64,000 nucleotides of DNA from Candidatus Thorarchaeota archaeon (GTDB lineage: Archaea; Asgardarchaeota; Thorarchaeia; Thorarchaeales; Thorarchaeaceae), in the NCBI GenBank assembly GCA_048884965.1, contig JBHLQH010000011.1, positions 1-64,000 of the forward strand, given 5' to 3'. A program made the position numbers and the translations under genes. The notes under the pieces are model-generated. The model searched no databases, was not told the origin of the DNA, and saw only the letters and a list, made by a program, of their open reading frames with translations. Shown piece after piece: positions 9,287 through 18,961 of the stretch; position 1 is the stretch's first letter, and every line of letters begins with the position of its first letter.

Positions 9287-10495
9287 CTACGCAGTCCTGA
9301 TTTTCTTATCCAATCCTCTCAATCTTTTGGGAGCATCTGCCTCGCGGTATTTCTCTGCAGCCTCTGTGTATTTTGCTAGTGCAGATCTTGTGTCCCCAGA
9401 TTTTGATAATCTATCTCCTTCATCTTCGAGAGATTTACCCCATTCTTCATATGTATCCCGAACCCTCTGGGAGCATCTGGTTCGTTTCTTGGCATCTGTA
9501 CTGAACATGTAAAGCTCTCTTGCCTTCTTAAATTGGACTATGCTCCATTCATGCTGACCCTCTTTCAGAAGGGTTTCTCCCTGAACATAATGATGTTCGG
9601 CCATTGAATCGTATCCTTGATCGACTCGCTTTACAGCTTCCTCAACCATCTTGTCGCTGCCAGCATGTTCATAGAGTTTCTTTGCTATCTCGAACTGCTC
9701 AATTGCCTTTTCGTGTTCATTATCTCGCAAAAGGTCCATACCATGTTCCATTCTCGCTCGCCCCATTGTCTCATATACATACTCTGGGTATTCGAAAGAA
9801 TCAGAACTTATAGAGGTGCCACACTCAGGACAAGTCGGAGTTTCAACAATGGATGTTGATATGTCTGCTCCTATTTTCTTGGGCTTACCAACGACTGCAT
9901 CGATGAAGTCCTCTGTCGTTTCTCCTCTTCCCCTTGGAAATAGATGGGATACTGCAGATGCTTCATCGATTGCCCCATTAATTTCAGGTTCATCAACTTC
10001 TACAACTTTTGGAGGTGCTACCTCCTTGAATGGCATTCCTTCTCTAATATCACTAGTAGAGGTCTGAGGTGTTTCCCAAGCCAAATCCTCCGAGGTGATA
10101 TGAGAATCTTCATCTGCTAACTTGACTTCCTCATCTGGTCCATCGTCTGATAGTGTGATCCCTTCATCCCAACTCAATGAAGATTCTTCCTTAGTAGCAG
10201 GCATCTCTTCCTCTGATAGATCCAATTCAGAGCTATCCAACTCTGATAGAGTTTCAGTTTTCAGATGGTCCTCTTCTTCACTCCATTTGTCCCATTCATC
10301 AAGATCTGGTAGTGATTCCTCATCACTTGCATCATCTCCAATGTCCTCTAACTCAGTAGGAGGTAGTTCATCTGAGGTAATGTCTATGGGAGCCACTGCC
10401 ATTCCACCAACGATTCTGGTACCACAATTCAAACAAAATGTTGATCCTTTTCTTATTGCTGTGCCACACTTTGGGCAGCTGATTGTTCCGGACAT
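9287..10495 (-). CDS. Zinc-ribbon / acidic disordered region / CxxC / TPR- or SNAP-like helical repeat protein
   Basis: CPKC..CLNC, D/E-rich linker, CPEC, repeats AIEQFEIAKKLY, SIVQFKKARELY, ALAKYTEAAEKY. Confidence 0.7.
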   Translation of the reverse strand: MSGTISCPKCGTAIRKGSTFCLNCGTRIVGGMAVAPIDITSDELPPTELEDIGDDASDEESLPDLDEWDKWSEEEDHLKTETLSELDSSELDLSEEEMPATKEESSLSWDEGITLSDDGPDEEVKLADEDSHITSEDLAWETPQTSTSDIREGMPFKEVAPPKVVEVDEPEINGAIDEASAVSHLFPRGRGETTEDFIDAVVGKPKKIGADISTSIVETPTCPECGTSISSDSFEYPEYVYETMGRARMEHGMDLLRDNEHEKAIEQFEIAKKLYEHAGSDKMVEEAVKRVDQGYDSMAEHHYVQGETLLKEGQHEWSIVQFKKARELYMFSTDAKKRTRCSQRVRDTYEEWGKSLEDEGDRLSKSGDTRSALAKYTEAAEKYREADAPKRLRGLDKKIRTA

Positions 10496-10594
10496 TTTAG
10501 GAAACCCGATAATCAATTCTTAGGGACGACTTCGATGAGTATCCACAACCTCAGATAAAGAAGGAGTGCATATGAATAAAACCTGTATTATTCC

Positions 10595-11221
10595 CTACCA
10601 GAATGCAAAATATGTGCAAATTGTAATCAGTATGGCGAGTGCTAATCCGCCAATAGACTGTAAGAGGGTATGTTGTTTCAGAATCGGTCTGGACCACACA
10701 ACACCTAACCAGATTGGGATGACTAGTAGTCCAATGAATCCATAAACTATGATAATCGCTGTACCCGGACCTCCAACCCCCGCACAGTGAACTGATACTT
10801 TTGTCCAGTGAGTCACAATCATGATTCCAGTTGTAACTGTGATATATGCAAATGAGAGCACAGCCATGATGTGACATTCAAATATCCAATAGAATGCAGA
10901 AGAAATTGAATAGAATAGAATAGCATAGAGAAAAAATCTCGCACGCATCGATTGATCCGAAACGTCAAGATCAACACTCCCACGCCACGCCTCAAAGACT
11001 ATTGGTGCGATAGGTAGGATGACCATAAAGATAATGCAGACCAACAGAGCAGAGATTGGTGTAAGTATTGGACCCAATCCAATTGGTGAAGAAACTGAAA
11101 TCACTATGCCAACATAGAGGTTGAATAATGGTGCTGGTGAAAGTCTTGAAATTAGTCTCGCTAATTTTACCTTCGTTCCTGATAGCTCCAGATATTCATC
11201 TGCAAACTTCAAAGTAATCAT
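10595..11221 (-). CDS. PAP2-like integral membrane protein
   Basis: Multiple TM segments; KVSVH and SRPILKQHT motifs. Confidence 0.65.
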   Translation of the reverse strand: MITLKFADEYLELSGTKVKLARLISRLSPAPLFNLYVGIVISVSSPIGLGPILTPISALLVCIIFMVILPIAPIVFEAWRGSVDLDVSDQSMRARFFLYAILFYSISSAFYWIFECHIMAVLSFAYITVTTGIMIVTHWTKVSVHCAGVGGPGTAIIIVYGFIGLLVIPIWLGVVWSRPILKQHTLLQSIGGLALAILITICTYFAFW

Positions 11222-11349
11222 GGAAAGCAAGAAAAACCGCTGTCTTCAATCTTTCTTTCTTCTCGAATTATGGTGAACAATCCACCACGAAAAGCCTTAT
11301 GTTGGATTTTTCCTCATCTACAGAGTCAAGGAACAAACGAGAAACCCCT

Positions 11350-11673
11350 ATGGAAGTGCAAGAAATGCCTGCAATGCCTAAACGTGAGATATTTGAACGA
11401 ATCATCCAAAACATCACCAGCAAATTTCCGGATGTTTATGCTGCATTATTTATCAGTCCTGAAGGATTTCCAATCAACACTTGGGGAGTTACTCTCGAAC
11501 GTGCCGAGGAGATATCTGCACTTCTTAGTGCCCTCATTGGGAAGACAAAGGAAGTCATTTGTCAAGTTGAAGAAGGTGCCGATCTTCAATTCATTCAGAT
11601 TCAAACCAACAAAGGCGGAATTCGTGTAGCTCCTCAAGAGGAGTTTATTCTAGTCACACTGACGAAAAGTTGA
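11350..11673 (+). CDS. Roadblock/LC7 domain protein (start uncertain)
   Basis: ALFISPEGFPI...AEEISALLSAL...IQIQTNKG. Confidence 0.8.
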   Translation: MEVQEMPAMPKREIFERIIQNITSKFPDVYAALFISPEGFPINTWGVTLERAEEISALLSALIGKTKEVICQVEEGADLQFIQIQTNKGGIRVAPQEEFILVTLTKS

Positions 11674-11857
11674 TTCGTCTATTATGTACTAGATGCGATA
11701 TCGCAGGGACAATGTGGAGTGAATCATCAATAACATATCAGATTATCACTCGGAGAGGTGACTAGTGCTATTTTTATACTCTCTACTGTGAACTAGAAGG
11801 TGGCAGGATGTTTGAAATTGTATATCAATGAGTCAGTCAAACATTCAAGGGAGGTCT

Positions 11858-12886
11858 ATGACTAATATGGACGAAGATATCGATTACGAAGAATTCGATG
11901 AAGAAGAAGAAAATGAAGATGGCGAAATCGACTCAGGAGAAGGTGTCACTGGACTAGAAGTAACCGATCTGCCTGGTGTTGGTCCAGCTATTGGAAAGCG
12001 TTTAGCTGAAGCAGGATACAAAAGCGTTGAAGCAATCGCTGTAGCATCACCAAGTGAACTAGCCGCTGCAGGATCCATTGGTGAAACAACAGCAACGAAA
12101 ATTATCAAGGCCGCACGCGAGATGCTTGATATCGGTTTTGAAACTGCAGACTTACTGCTGGAGCGAAGACGAACAGCAGGAAGAATCAAGACTGGCTCAA
12201 CAGCACTTGATGAACTCTTTGGCGGAGGCATCGAAACCCAGAGCATTACTGAAATGTATGGCTCTTTCAGGTCTGGAAAAACTCAGATGGCACATCAACT
12301 GGCTGTCAATGTTCAGCTACCTCCTGATGAAGGAGGTCTTGGTGCAACTGCAATCTATGTAGATACTGAAGGAACCTTCAGACCAGAACGACTAGTCGAT
12401 ATGGCTGAGGCAGTAGGTCTTGATACTAGTAAAGTATTGAAGAATGTCGTTTGGGCACGAGCCTATAATTCAGATCATCAAATACTTCTTTGTGATCAAG
12501 CTATGGAAATGGCTCCAGATAAGAACGCAAAGCTTCTAGTAGTTGACTCAGTAACGAGTCACTTTAGAGCAGAATATACTGGAAGAGGAACACTTGCAGC
12601 TCGCCAGCAGAAATTAAACAAACATCTCCACCACTTGCAACGAGGTGCTGAGATCAACAACATGTCTGTTTATATTACAAATCAAGTTATGTCACGACCT
12701 GATGCCTTCTTTGGTGATCCCACAGCTCCGGTCGGTGGACACGTACTTGCCCATGTACCCCAAACAAGGTGCTATCTACGAAAATCAAAAGGCGAACGCC
12801 GAATCTGCAGACTTGTGGACTCTCCCAATTTACCCGAAGGGGAAGCTGTATTCTCTGTTCTCAAAGAAGGAATACGCGACGTATAA
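11858..12886 (+). CDS. radA: DNA repair and recombination protein RadA
   Basis: Hh[16 protein letters not shown] Walker [35 protein letters not shown]. Confidence 0.96.
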   Translation: MTNMDEDIDYEEFDEEEENEDGEIDSGEGVTGLEVTDLPGVGPAIGKRLAEAGYKSVEAIAVASPSELAAAGSIGETTATKIIKAAREMLDIGFETADLLLERRRTAGRIKTGSTALDELFGGGIETQSITEMYGSFRSGKTQMAHQLAVNVQLPPDEGGLGATAIYVDTEGTFRPERLVDMAEAVGLDTSKVLKNVVWARAYNSDHQILLCDQAMEMAPDKNAKLLVVDSVTSHFRAEYTGRGTLAARQQKLNKHLHHLQRGAEINNMSVYITNQVMSRPDAFFGDPTAPVGGHVLAHVPQTRCYLRKSKGERRICRLVDSPNLPEGEAVFSVLKEGIRDV

Positions 12887-12898
12887 TTGATAATCGAC

Positions 12899-12926
12899 AT
12901 GAGTGTGGTCTTCGTGACCACCTCAT
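12899..12926. terminator. Hairpin between convergent radA and reductase genes
   Basis: ATGAG-T-GTGGTC-TTCGT-GACCAC-CTCAT. Confidence 0.5.
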
Positions 12927-14281
12927 TCATTTGTAAACACCGCAGCATCGATTAGTTCCTTTATTGAACCCTTCCAATGCTCCAGACCCTCAGGAGAATG
13001 TGGATAGTTCCTATATTCTTTGTCAATCTTCTTCATGAGTGATGAGGCTCGTTGAAGCTTCCTGAGAAGACTGACTTTGCTCACCCCTCGTTTTGCACGG
13101 ATAAGCTTGGTTCCGATTCCCATTGAGAGACCCTCCCCTCGATTGGCAGCCATGAGGTCTCCAGCTTCAAGGATTCGTTTCTCAAATCCAAAGTTCATCT
13201 CCTCATCAGATACATCTGCCAATAATCGCTTGAAAATCTCCAATGACGCCAACCTTCTTCCAAAATTGCTAAGGAATCTTGTGTTGAACGACCACAATCC
13301 CTTGGCGCTTGTATCCCTTCTTGCAATGGCTTCCTTTATCACCTCGCCAAGAATGGTACCAGCTCGCATGCCCGCTCCGATTCCACCTCCATGGATTGGA
13401 TTAACCATGAAAGCAGAGTCTCCAACAAAAGCTACCCCATCTGCAACAAGACTCCAGATAGGTCTCCGTACTGGTACAGCTCCACCTCCTGAATGTATGA
13501 CTTTGCTTCTAAAGAGTAGTGGGTATTCCTCCTTGAATGTGTTGTAAAGCCCTTTGGGTGAGCCTTTACCATCGCCCCCTGTTATGCCAACTCCCACATT
13601 CACAGTCTGCGGTCCTTTCGGAAAAATCCATGCATATCCTTTTGGAGCGAATTTACCGCCAAGGAAAACCCTTGCAACCTCAGGCTCGGCCATAGGCATT
13701 TTAAGTTCTAGGATTTCTCGGTAGCACAGAGCGATGTCACTTTTCTCAATCTCAATTTCAACATATGGGCTCTCTAACTTCTTTCTAATAACTGATGCAA
13801 ATCCACTTGCATCCACAACAATCTTTGCAGCGACTGTGTTCTTATCTCCAGACTCCATATCTTTGTAATGAATCCCGATAACACTGGAGCCTCGTAGGGT
13901 GGGTCCTCCGACATGGATATTAGGTCTGAACTGCACCCCTGCCTCGATAGCTTCGTCCAATAGCCTTTGACCAAAACTTATCCTGTCCACTGTCCAGCCA
14001 TCGAAATCACTCCAACCCCGAACCTTCAGTTCGTTGTTCAGGTTAGGAGGATACACATCTGCACCTGCAATAACACTGGACACCTCGTTTTCAGCTGGAT
14101 GATCTATCCCTGTTGCTTCAAAATGAGATTTACTGATTTCATCTCCGCAGATTTTATCTCCAATCGCTGCCCTGTCTTTCCTGTCAATCAATAAAGTCTT
14201 CAGACCTAGCTCTGCGCATCTTCGGGCAGTAACACATCCCGCAGAACCGGCTCCGACAACTACTACATCTGCTCTTTTCAA
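12923..14281 (-). CDS. Digeranylgeranylglycerophospholipid (geranylgeranyl) reductase family; probable TTG start at 14281
   Basis: VVVGAGSAG, KICGD, VVDASG, PKGYAWIFPK, VGDSA..VNPIHGGGI. Confidence 0.88.
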   Translation of the reverse strand: MKRADVVVVGAGSAGCVTARRCAELGLKTLLIDRKDRAAIGDKICGDEISKSHFEATGIDHPAENEVSSVIAGADVYPPNLNNELKVRGWSDFDGWTVDRISFGQRLLDEAIEAGVQFRPNIHVGGPTLRGSSVIGIHYKDMESGDKNTVAAKIVVDASGFASVIRKKLESPYVEIEIEKSDIALCYREILELKMPMAEPEVARVFLGGKFAPKGYAWIFPKGPQTVNVGVGITGGDGKGSPKGLYNTFKEEYPLLFRSKVIHSGGGAVPVRRPIWSLVADGVAFVGDSAFMVNPIHGGGIGAGMRAGTILGEVIKEAIARRDTSAKGLWSFNTRFLSNFGRRLASLEIFKRLLADVSDEEMNFGFEKRILEAGDLMAANRGEGLSMGIGTKLIRAKRGVSKVSLLRKLQRASSLMKKIDKEYRNYPHSPEGLEHWKGSIKELIDAAVFTNE

Positions 14282-14394
14282 GATTGGTCGAGGTAGCAAT
14301 GACCTTGGAAGATATAAATCCGAGCCTAGGGTTTGTTGGATTTCAGACGTAACGGTTATCAAGTAATGTTTTTCAGCTCCCATTGTGGACACAA

Positions 14395-15678
14395 ATGCAG
14401 AACTTGGTTGTTGTAGGGCTCCAATGGGGCGATGAAGGCAAAGGGAAATTAGTTGATTATCTCTCTGAGCAATTTGATATTGTAGTGCGATTCCAAGGGG
14501 GCAGTAATGCTGGACATACCGTGATTGTTGAAGATAAGACCTTCAAATTTCGGATTATGCCAACTGGTGCTGTACGCGGAAAGAAAGTTGTGATAGGTAA
14601 TGGCGTTGTCATCGATCCGATGGTCTTGCTCGATGAAATAAAAAGCTTGGAGAATGCTAGTGTTTCTGTTGACCTCCTAATAAGTGACCGGGCTCATGTA
14701 ATTACTCCCTATCAAATTCTAATTGATGGTTTGCAGGAGGAAGAGAGAGCAAGCAGAAAAGTCGGAACGACAAAGCGGGGAATAGGTCCAGCTTATGAAG
14801 ATAAGATGACACGAGTCGGAATACGAGTATGCGATCTTATATCCGAGGAACCAACTTCACAATGGAACCAGATGGAGGCTACCTCTCTCTCCAAGATCGA
14901 GAAATTGTATTCGACCCAGATTGGAACGTCCAAAGAAGAAATACGTAGCAATATCTATGAGATGATAGAGAATCTCAAGAAATATATTGGTGACTCGGGT
15001 CAATACTTAGAAACGATGATTTCCTCCGGGAAAAGAATTCTTTTCGAGGGTGCACAAGGTGCGCTTCTAGACATTGACCACGGGACATATCCGTTTGTTA
15101 CAAGCTCAAATTGCATTTCTAGTGCCGCTGCAACAGGTACTGGAATATCATTCAAGCGATTGGATTCTGTACTCGGTATAACAAAAGCATATACTACCAG
15201 AGTTGGTACTGGTCCCTTTCCGACCGAGCTCTTTGATGATATCGGGGAGAGAATTCGGGTTCAAGGCAAGGAGTTTGGCACTGTCACTGGTAGACCAAGA
15301 CGTTGTGGTTGGTTGGACTTGGTCGCCCTACGATACGCTGTTCGAATAAATGGAGCTGATTTTTTGGCAGTCACAAAACTCGACGTGTTGAATGAAATAA
15401 ATCCTATCAAACTCTGCGTAGCTTACGAAATAGAAGGAGAAGAGTTTCATACACTTCCAGCTAGTGCACAAGAGTACGAGAAGGCTATACCGGTATATGA
15501 GGAGATGGATGGTTGGGATCGGATAACTGGAGAGATCTTTGATGAGCTACCTAGCTCAGTAAGGGAATACATCGCATACATCGAGCGATACGTAAATGCT
15601 AAAGCTACCATATTATCTATTGGTCCTGAGAGAAGTGATACGATTGACATCCTTGGTAGTCATTTCAGAGGTGCTTGA
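14395..15678 (+). CDS. purA: Adenylosuccinate synthetase
   Basis: QWGDEGKGK, GGSNAGHT, GTTKRGIGPAY, FEGAQG, EFGTVTGRPRRCGW. Confidence 0.97.
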   Translation: MQNLVVVGLQWGDEGKGKLVDYLSEQFDIVVRFQGGSNAGHTVIVEDKTFKFRIMPTGAVRGKKVVIGNGVVIDPMVLLDEIKSLENASVSVDLLISDRAHVITPYQILIDGLQEEERASRKVGTTKRGIGPAYEDKMTRVGIRVCDLISEEPTSQWNQMEATSLSKIEKLYSTQIGTSKEEIRSNIYEMIENLKKYIGDSGQYLETMISSGKRILFEGAQGALLDIDHGTYPFVTSSNCISSAAATGTGISFKRLDSVLGITKAYTTRVGTGPFPTELFDDIGERIRVQGKEFGTVTGRPRRCGWLDLVALRYAVRINGADFLAVTKLDVLNEINPIKLCVAYEIEGEEFHTLPASAQEYEKAIPVYEEMDGWDRITGEIFDELPSSVREYIAYIERYVNAKATILSIGPERSDTIDILGSHFRGA

Positions 15679-16192
15679 ATTCAACAGCAACAATCGAGAT
15701 GATCAGTATTCCGACAACCAATGCCATTATTGGAGGCATGAAGTTCAGAAACGCCTCGAAATAGGTGACCAGATCTACTGGAACTGCAAGAAGGAATGCA
15801 TAGGATAGCAGAAATCCATAGATTGCAAATATTGGATAAAGGATCGGTCCTCCGCTAATTACCAGCAATAGTACCAGTACCGCAAGTTTGCTCTTGGTTG
15901 GATCAAGCAAGCGGATCGGTATTGTTTGCGAGTCATCGAACTGAAAGTAATAGCTGATGAGAAAGGTGGGCATTCTAATGCGTATCAGTTCGAGAATCTG
16001 CAAAGCAAGTTGAACTGATAACAGGAGCATGGTGTGAATCAACATATATCCTAGTAGAAGTCCGTTCAGAATAGGTAGGGCATCTGAGAAAATCTGAAAG
16101 CTCTCAATTACACCAACAAGGACAAAGAAGTTTAGAACAAGTAAGACAATATGTCCAATTGCACCTTGGAGAACTTTCTTGCTGCGTTCCAT
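15665..16192 (-). CDS. Hypothetical membrane protein (about 4 TM)
   Basis: Hydrophobic helices; co-oriented downstream of a Rab-like GTPase. Confidence 0.7.
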   Translation of the reverse strand: MERSKKVLQGAIGHIVLLVLNFFVLVGVIESFQIFSDALPILNGLLLGYMLIHTMLLLSVQLALQILELIRIRMPTFLISYYFQFDDSQTIPIRLLDPTKSKLAVLVLLLVISGGPILYPIFAIYGFLLSYAFLLAVPVDLVTYFEAFLNFMPPIMALVVGILIISIVAVEFKHL

Positions 16193-16251
16193 CAGAATCG
16201 TTCTTTCTTGTCATTGACAATCGTATAAAGGATTCTGTAGGATGCAATGCA

Positions 16252-16842
16252 TCACATTATCTTGTGCGGTTGTACGCCCTGCGTAGTTGCATCCAAAGGT
16301 CCGATTTCTTTCTGTTTATCCATGGCTTTCTTCACAAGTGTAGTGAATAAATCATCGACATTCTCTCCAGTCTTCGCTGATGTTTCATAATGATCGACAT
16401 TTAGCCACTGTTTGATCATTTCACCGGCTTCCGGCGGAACAAGTCTGTCTCCTCGATCTATCTTATTTGCAACTACTGCGACCACTGCATTGGGACAAAC
16501 TGTGATGAATTTTGTATACCATTCTCCTACGTCAAGAAATGTCTGCGGCCTAGTCACATCATAGACTATTATCGCCATAGATGCTCCCGCCATGTATCGT
16601 CTTCTTAGCTCATTATAGGTTGGCTGTCCTGCAAGATCCCATAGTACGACTCGAGCTACCATTGGTTCTGCATCTGGCCTGGGAATCTGGATGGTCTTCA
16701 GGGCAAAAGTAGTACCAATAGTCATGATATAGCGCTCACTGAAGCTTCCTTCGGTGTATCTCTTTATGCAACTGGTCTTTCCTACAGCCCCATCTCCTAG
16801 GGCGACCAGTTTGAACATATGAGAGATAGCTTCTGTGGACAC
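16252..16842 (-). CDS. Rab-like small GTPase
   Basis: G1 GDGAVGKT, G2 TIG, G3 WDLAGQ, G4 NKID, G5 ETSAK; RabF-like IGTTF, YMAGA, IVYDVT. Confidence 0.92.
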   Translation of the reverse strand: MSTEAISHMFKLVALGDGAVGKTSCIKRYTEGSFSERYIMTIGTTFALKTIQIPRPDAEPMVARVVLWDLAGQPTYNELRRRYMAGASMAIIVYDVTRPQTFLDVGEWYTKFITVCPNAVVAVVANKIDRGDRLVPPEAGEMIKQWLNVDHYETSAKTGENVDDLFTTLVKKAMDKQKEIGPLDATTQGVQPHKIM

Positions 16843-17047
16843 TATTCTAACCCCTTACATCAAACTCAACAGAGTCTGGCCTTTTTGTGAATTTAAGGAA
16901 TCTGGAATATTCCTCATTGATATACTTCTGTGTGATGTACCTGACATAGAAAAGAGTAGTTTTATTCTTTCCTTGCACGCATGTATCAGCCAAATCCTTT
17001 TTTGCAGTGTTTGTATCTCTCTTGTTAGATATTTGGAGCGTGAAGAG

Positions 17048-17782
17048 ATGGCTGAAGAATTCCTTAATCGTTTGAACAAGCTGGAAGAGAAGATTGATGG
17101 TCTCGGTGAAACTTTGATGCGTATGATCACAATCCTCGGGAACGTCACTGAGGTGAAGAGCGATGTGCGAATTGCGAAAGAGGAGATACTTGAGGAATTC
17201 AAGAAGATGCCTAAACCTGTTACTGCGCAACCGGGTGTTACAAAGGAAGAGATCTCAGAAATCATTAGCAAGTTACCCAAAGCTGAAAGCTCAGGTTCTG
17301 GTCTCACCTCCGAAGAGGTTTCTCAAATTGTGAAAGGAGAACTCGCAGCGATATTAGAGCCAATTCTCGAATCTATTCAAGAACTCCAAGAAGGAATACA
17401 TTCTAAGATTGATGAGATTGAGGTACCTGAGCCTGTTATTGTGACTACAGAAGCTCCTTTACATGCCATGAATGAACCCAGTGTACCTGTCCATCCTGGC
17501 GGACCTCTATCCGCTGATAAGGGAATGAAGGTCGCTGATCAGCTTGATAATATTCTGTCATCACTAAAGATGGGCTGCAAAGCTGGCGATGTGCTTGATG
17601 TGATGACTGAATCAAAAACTGAGATTATGAAGATCGTTCCGTCTGATCCCATCATGGTGAAGATTGACAAATGGGCTGGACTCGTTAACACCTATTCCTC
17701 ACGACATGAACTCCAAGCAAAAGACATTTTGAAGCTAAAGAAGGACCTGAAGGATGAGATTCCGAAGTATCGTCCTGCCTAA
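17048..17782 (+). CDS. Coiled-coil protein with C-terminal Vps28-CTD-like four-helix domain
   Basis: Probable start MAEEFLNRL; C-terminus LKMGCKAGD...VPSD...KIDKW...S...EL...I..L..DL resembles the Vps28 CTD. Confidence 0.6.
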   Translation: MAEEFLNRLNKLEEKIDGLGETLMRMITILGNVTEVKSDVRIAKEEILEEFKKMPKPVTAQPGVTKEEISEIISKLPKAESSGSGLTSEEVSQIVKGELAAILEPILESIQELQEGIHSKIDEIEVPEPVIVTTEAPLHAMNEPSVPVHPGGPLSADKGMKVADQLDNILSSLKMGCKAGDVLDVMTESKTEIMKIVPSDPIMVKIDKWAGLVNTYSSRHELQAKDILKLKKDLKDEIPKYRPA

Positions 17783-17786
17783 GATG

Positions 17787-18188
17787 CTACTCCTCTGCTC
17801 CGGTTGCAAGCAATTTCAATGTAGCTAATGCACGTATCACGTCCGAAGCTGAGATGACTCCAGTAATCTCATCGCCTTCCATCACTGGTATATGCGATCT
17901 CTCTGTTTGATTCATAAGAGATAGAGCTTGGCCTAGTTCTGCATGGGGGCTTATCGTTACAACAGGTGTTTCCATTATATCTCCCAAGGTCAAGGTATGA
18001 TACGATTCCTCTGAAAGAAGCTGTGCTGCAACAATCTCTCTCCTGGTGACCATCCCAGCGAGAACATCATCTCTAGTGACAATGAGACTTCCAACACTCT
18101 CGACAGCCATTAGTTTTGCAGCATCCGTCACTAAAGCCTCAACATCAGCCGTTATAATCATCGAGGTCATGAAATCCTTCACTAGCAT
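17787..18188 (-). CDS. CBS domain pair protein
   Basis: VKDFMT, VGSLIV, GMVTRRE, DIMETPVVTI, GVISASD. Confidence 0.88.
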   Translation of the reverse strand: MLVKDFMTSMIITADVEALVTDAAKLMAVESVGSLIVTRDDVLAGMVTRREIVAAQLLSEESYHTLTLGDIMETPVVTISPHAELGQALSLMNQTERSHIPVMEGDEITGVISASDVIRALATLKLLATGAEE

Positions 18189-18230
18189 GTTTGTTTACAC
18201 TCCTATGCAACTTGAAATGGACAATCATGA

Positions 18231-18836
18231 TTACATTTGATGTTGAGAGTCATCAGATCGATTCCTAAAAACTCCTTGAGCAACTTCTGCAAAAACATCT
18301 GAAACCTTTGTCCCTGTCTTTGCAGAGGTTTCGAAATATGCTGCCTGATACCAATCTCGGAGCATTTCACCAGGCTGAATTGGCACCATACGCTTACCCT
18401 CGAGATCAACCTTATTCGCACAGATTACAACCAAAGCATTCGGACTTACTTCTCGAAATGACTCATACCAAGAATTCATTGCCATAAAGGTTTCAGGCTG
18501 AGTGACATCATATACAATAATAGCTGCAGAAGCGCCTTTCATATATTGACGTCGAAGTTCTTTATAGGTGGCTTGTCCGCCCATGTCCCAGATGACGAGA
18601 CGAACGAGGCGTTTATCGCCCTCATCATCAGTGAATTCTACATCTTTCGTCGAAAACGTAGTTCCAATAGTTTGCTTGTACTCCTCATCGAAGGTATTCT
18701 CCGCAAACCTTCTTAGTAAGGAGGTCTTTCCGACAGTTGCTTCTCCTAGAAGGACTATTCGAAATTTGAAGCCATCAAACCCTTCTGCATCTGCTCTGAT
18801 TGAAGAATCAATGGGTTGACTTGTCCTTTCTGTCAT
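18231..18836 (-). CDS. Rab-like small GTPase (paralog of 16252-16842)
   Basis: GEATVGKT, TIGTTF, WDMGGQ, YMKGA, NKVD, ETSAK. Confidence 0.92.
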   Translation of the reverse strand: MTERTSQPIDSSIRADAEGFDGFKFRIVLLGEATVGKTSLLRRFAENTFDEEYKQTIGTTFSTKDVEFTDDEGDKRLVRLVIWDMGGQATYKELRRQYMKGASAAIIVYDVTQPETFMAMNSWYESFREVSPNALVVICANKVDLEGKRMVPIQPGEMLRDWYQAAYFETSAKTGTKVSDVFAEVAQGVFRNRSDDSQHQM

Positions 18837-18926
18837 TTATGAGATACCCCGCTAGCCGGAACGTATGATGAAAGCCATTACATTTCTTATATGTTTTCTG
18901 CGGGGCAATGCTCTGAGAATAATAGA

Positions 18927-18950
18927 GAGCAGCCCACTCTGGGGCTGCTC
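18927..18950 (-). terminator. Hairpin downstream of pheT
   Basis: GAGCAGCCC-ACTCTG-GGGCTGCTC. Confidence 0.6.
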
Positions 18951-18961
18951 GATTTTCTCTT

